The notes beneath the pieces were generated by a model. The model was not told the DNA's origin and did not search any database. It was given only the letters and a program-made list of their open reading frames with translations. A stretch of DNA of 17,963 bases, from assembly GCA_038143065.1 (NCBI GenBank), contig JAYQLI010000037.1:1-17963 (forward strand), in the 5' to 3' direction. Origin of the DNA: Rhodospirillales bacterium (lineage in GTDB: Bacteria; Pseudomonadota; Alphaproteobacteria; Bin95). Shown here piece after piece: positions 17,767-17,963 of the stretch. The translations under genes were made by a program, and so were the position numbers. The first letter of the stretch is position 1; the number at the start of each line of letters is the position of its first letter.

Positions 17767-17908
17767 CCTAAGAGACAGGCTCCGGGCTGTCGAATGTCCT
17801 GCTGACATTATCGATGCCATAGGTGGGTGGACGACCAAGGGGGTTGGGCACCAATATGGTAAAGGTCACAGCTTGCAGGTCATGAACGGATGGATGAAGA
17901 AGCTATGA
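17711..17908 (+). pseudogene. C-terminal remnant of an integrase paralogous to 12679-13822
   Basis: KWMKPRVPIGCVMHSFRHSLRDRLRAVECPADIIDAIGGW...QYGKG aligns with KWLKAYVPDGCVVHSFRHSLRDRLRAAECPSDIIDQIG. No N-terminal part is present upstream. Confidence 0.88.
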
Positions 17909-17963
17909 ACCTCGGTTCAAGAACCAAGATCCAAGGAAACAGTCACTTGTATCTCGGTCCACG

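Overview
This looks like an error-rich long read (most genes carry 1-bp frameshifts, many in homopolymers) from a probable marine alphaproteobacterium. Left (1-7005): a GC-richer minus-strand cluster of a Zn-dependent alcohol dehydrogenase and a carbohydrate/polyol ABC transporter. It has a divergent AcoR-like GAF-AAA+ activator that is cut off before its DNA-binding domain. The rest is a hotspot of stacked tyrosine-integrase elements around a 5'-truncated tRNA-Arg(ACG). Element 1 (about 7035-12599, AT-rich) carries an Rci/HP1-like integrase, identical tandem arm-type repeats at both ends, a C5 methyltransferase with an Hpy99I-family endonuclease, a GNAT, and small inward-facing genes. One of these sits behind a perfect T4-type late promoter (TATAAATA) overlapping a hairpin that buries its RBS and start codon. 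Element 2 (12583-14421) is an integrase plus one cargo gene, bounded by ~90-bp inverted repeats that each contain the tRNA 3' end. Further right are ComA, a TerS-like DUF5681 gene, a GYD gene flanked by duplicated terminators, two exported proteins with paralogous signal peptides, and an orphan integrase C-terminus. All family calls come from motif recognition, not database searches.
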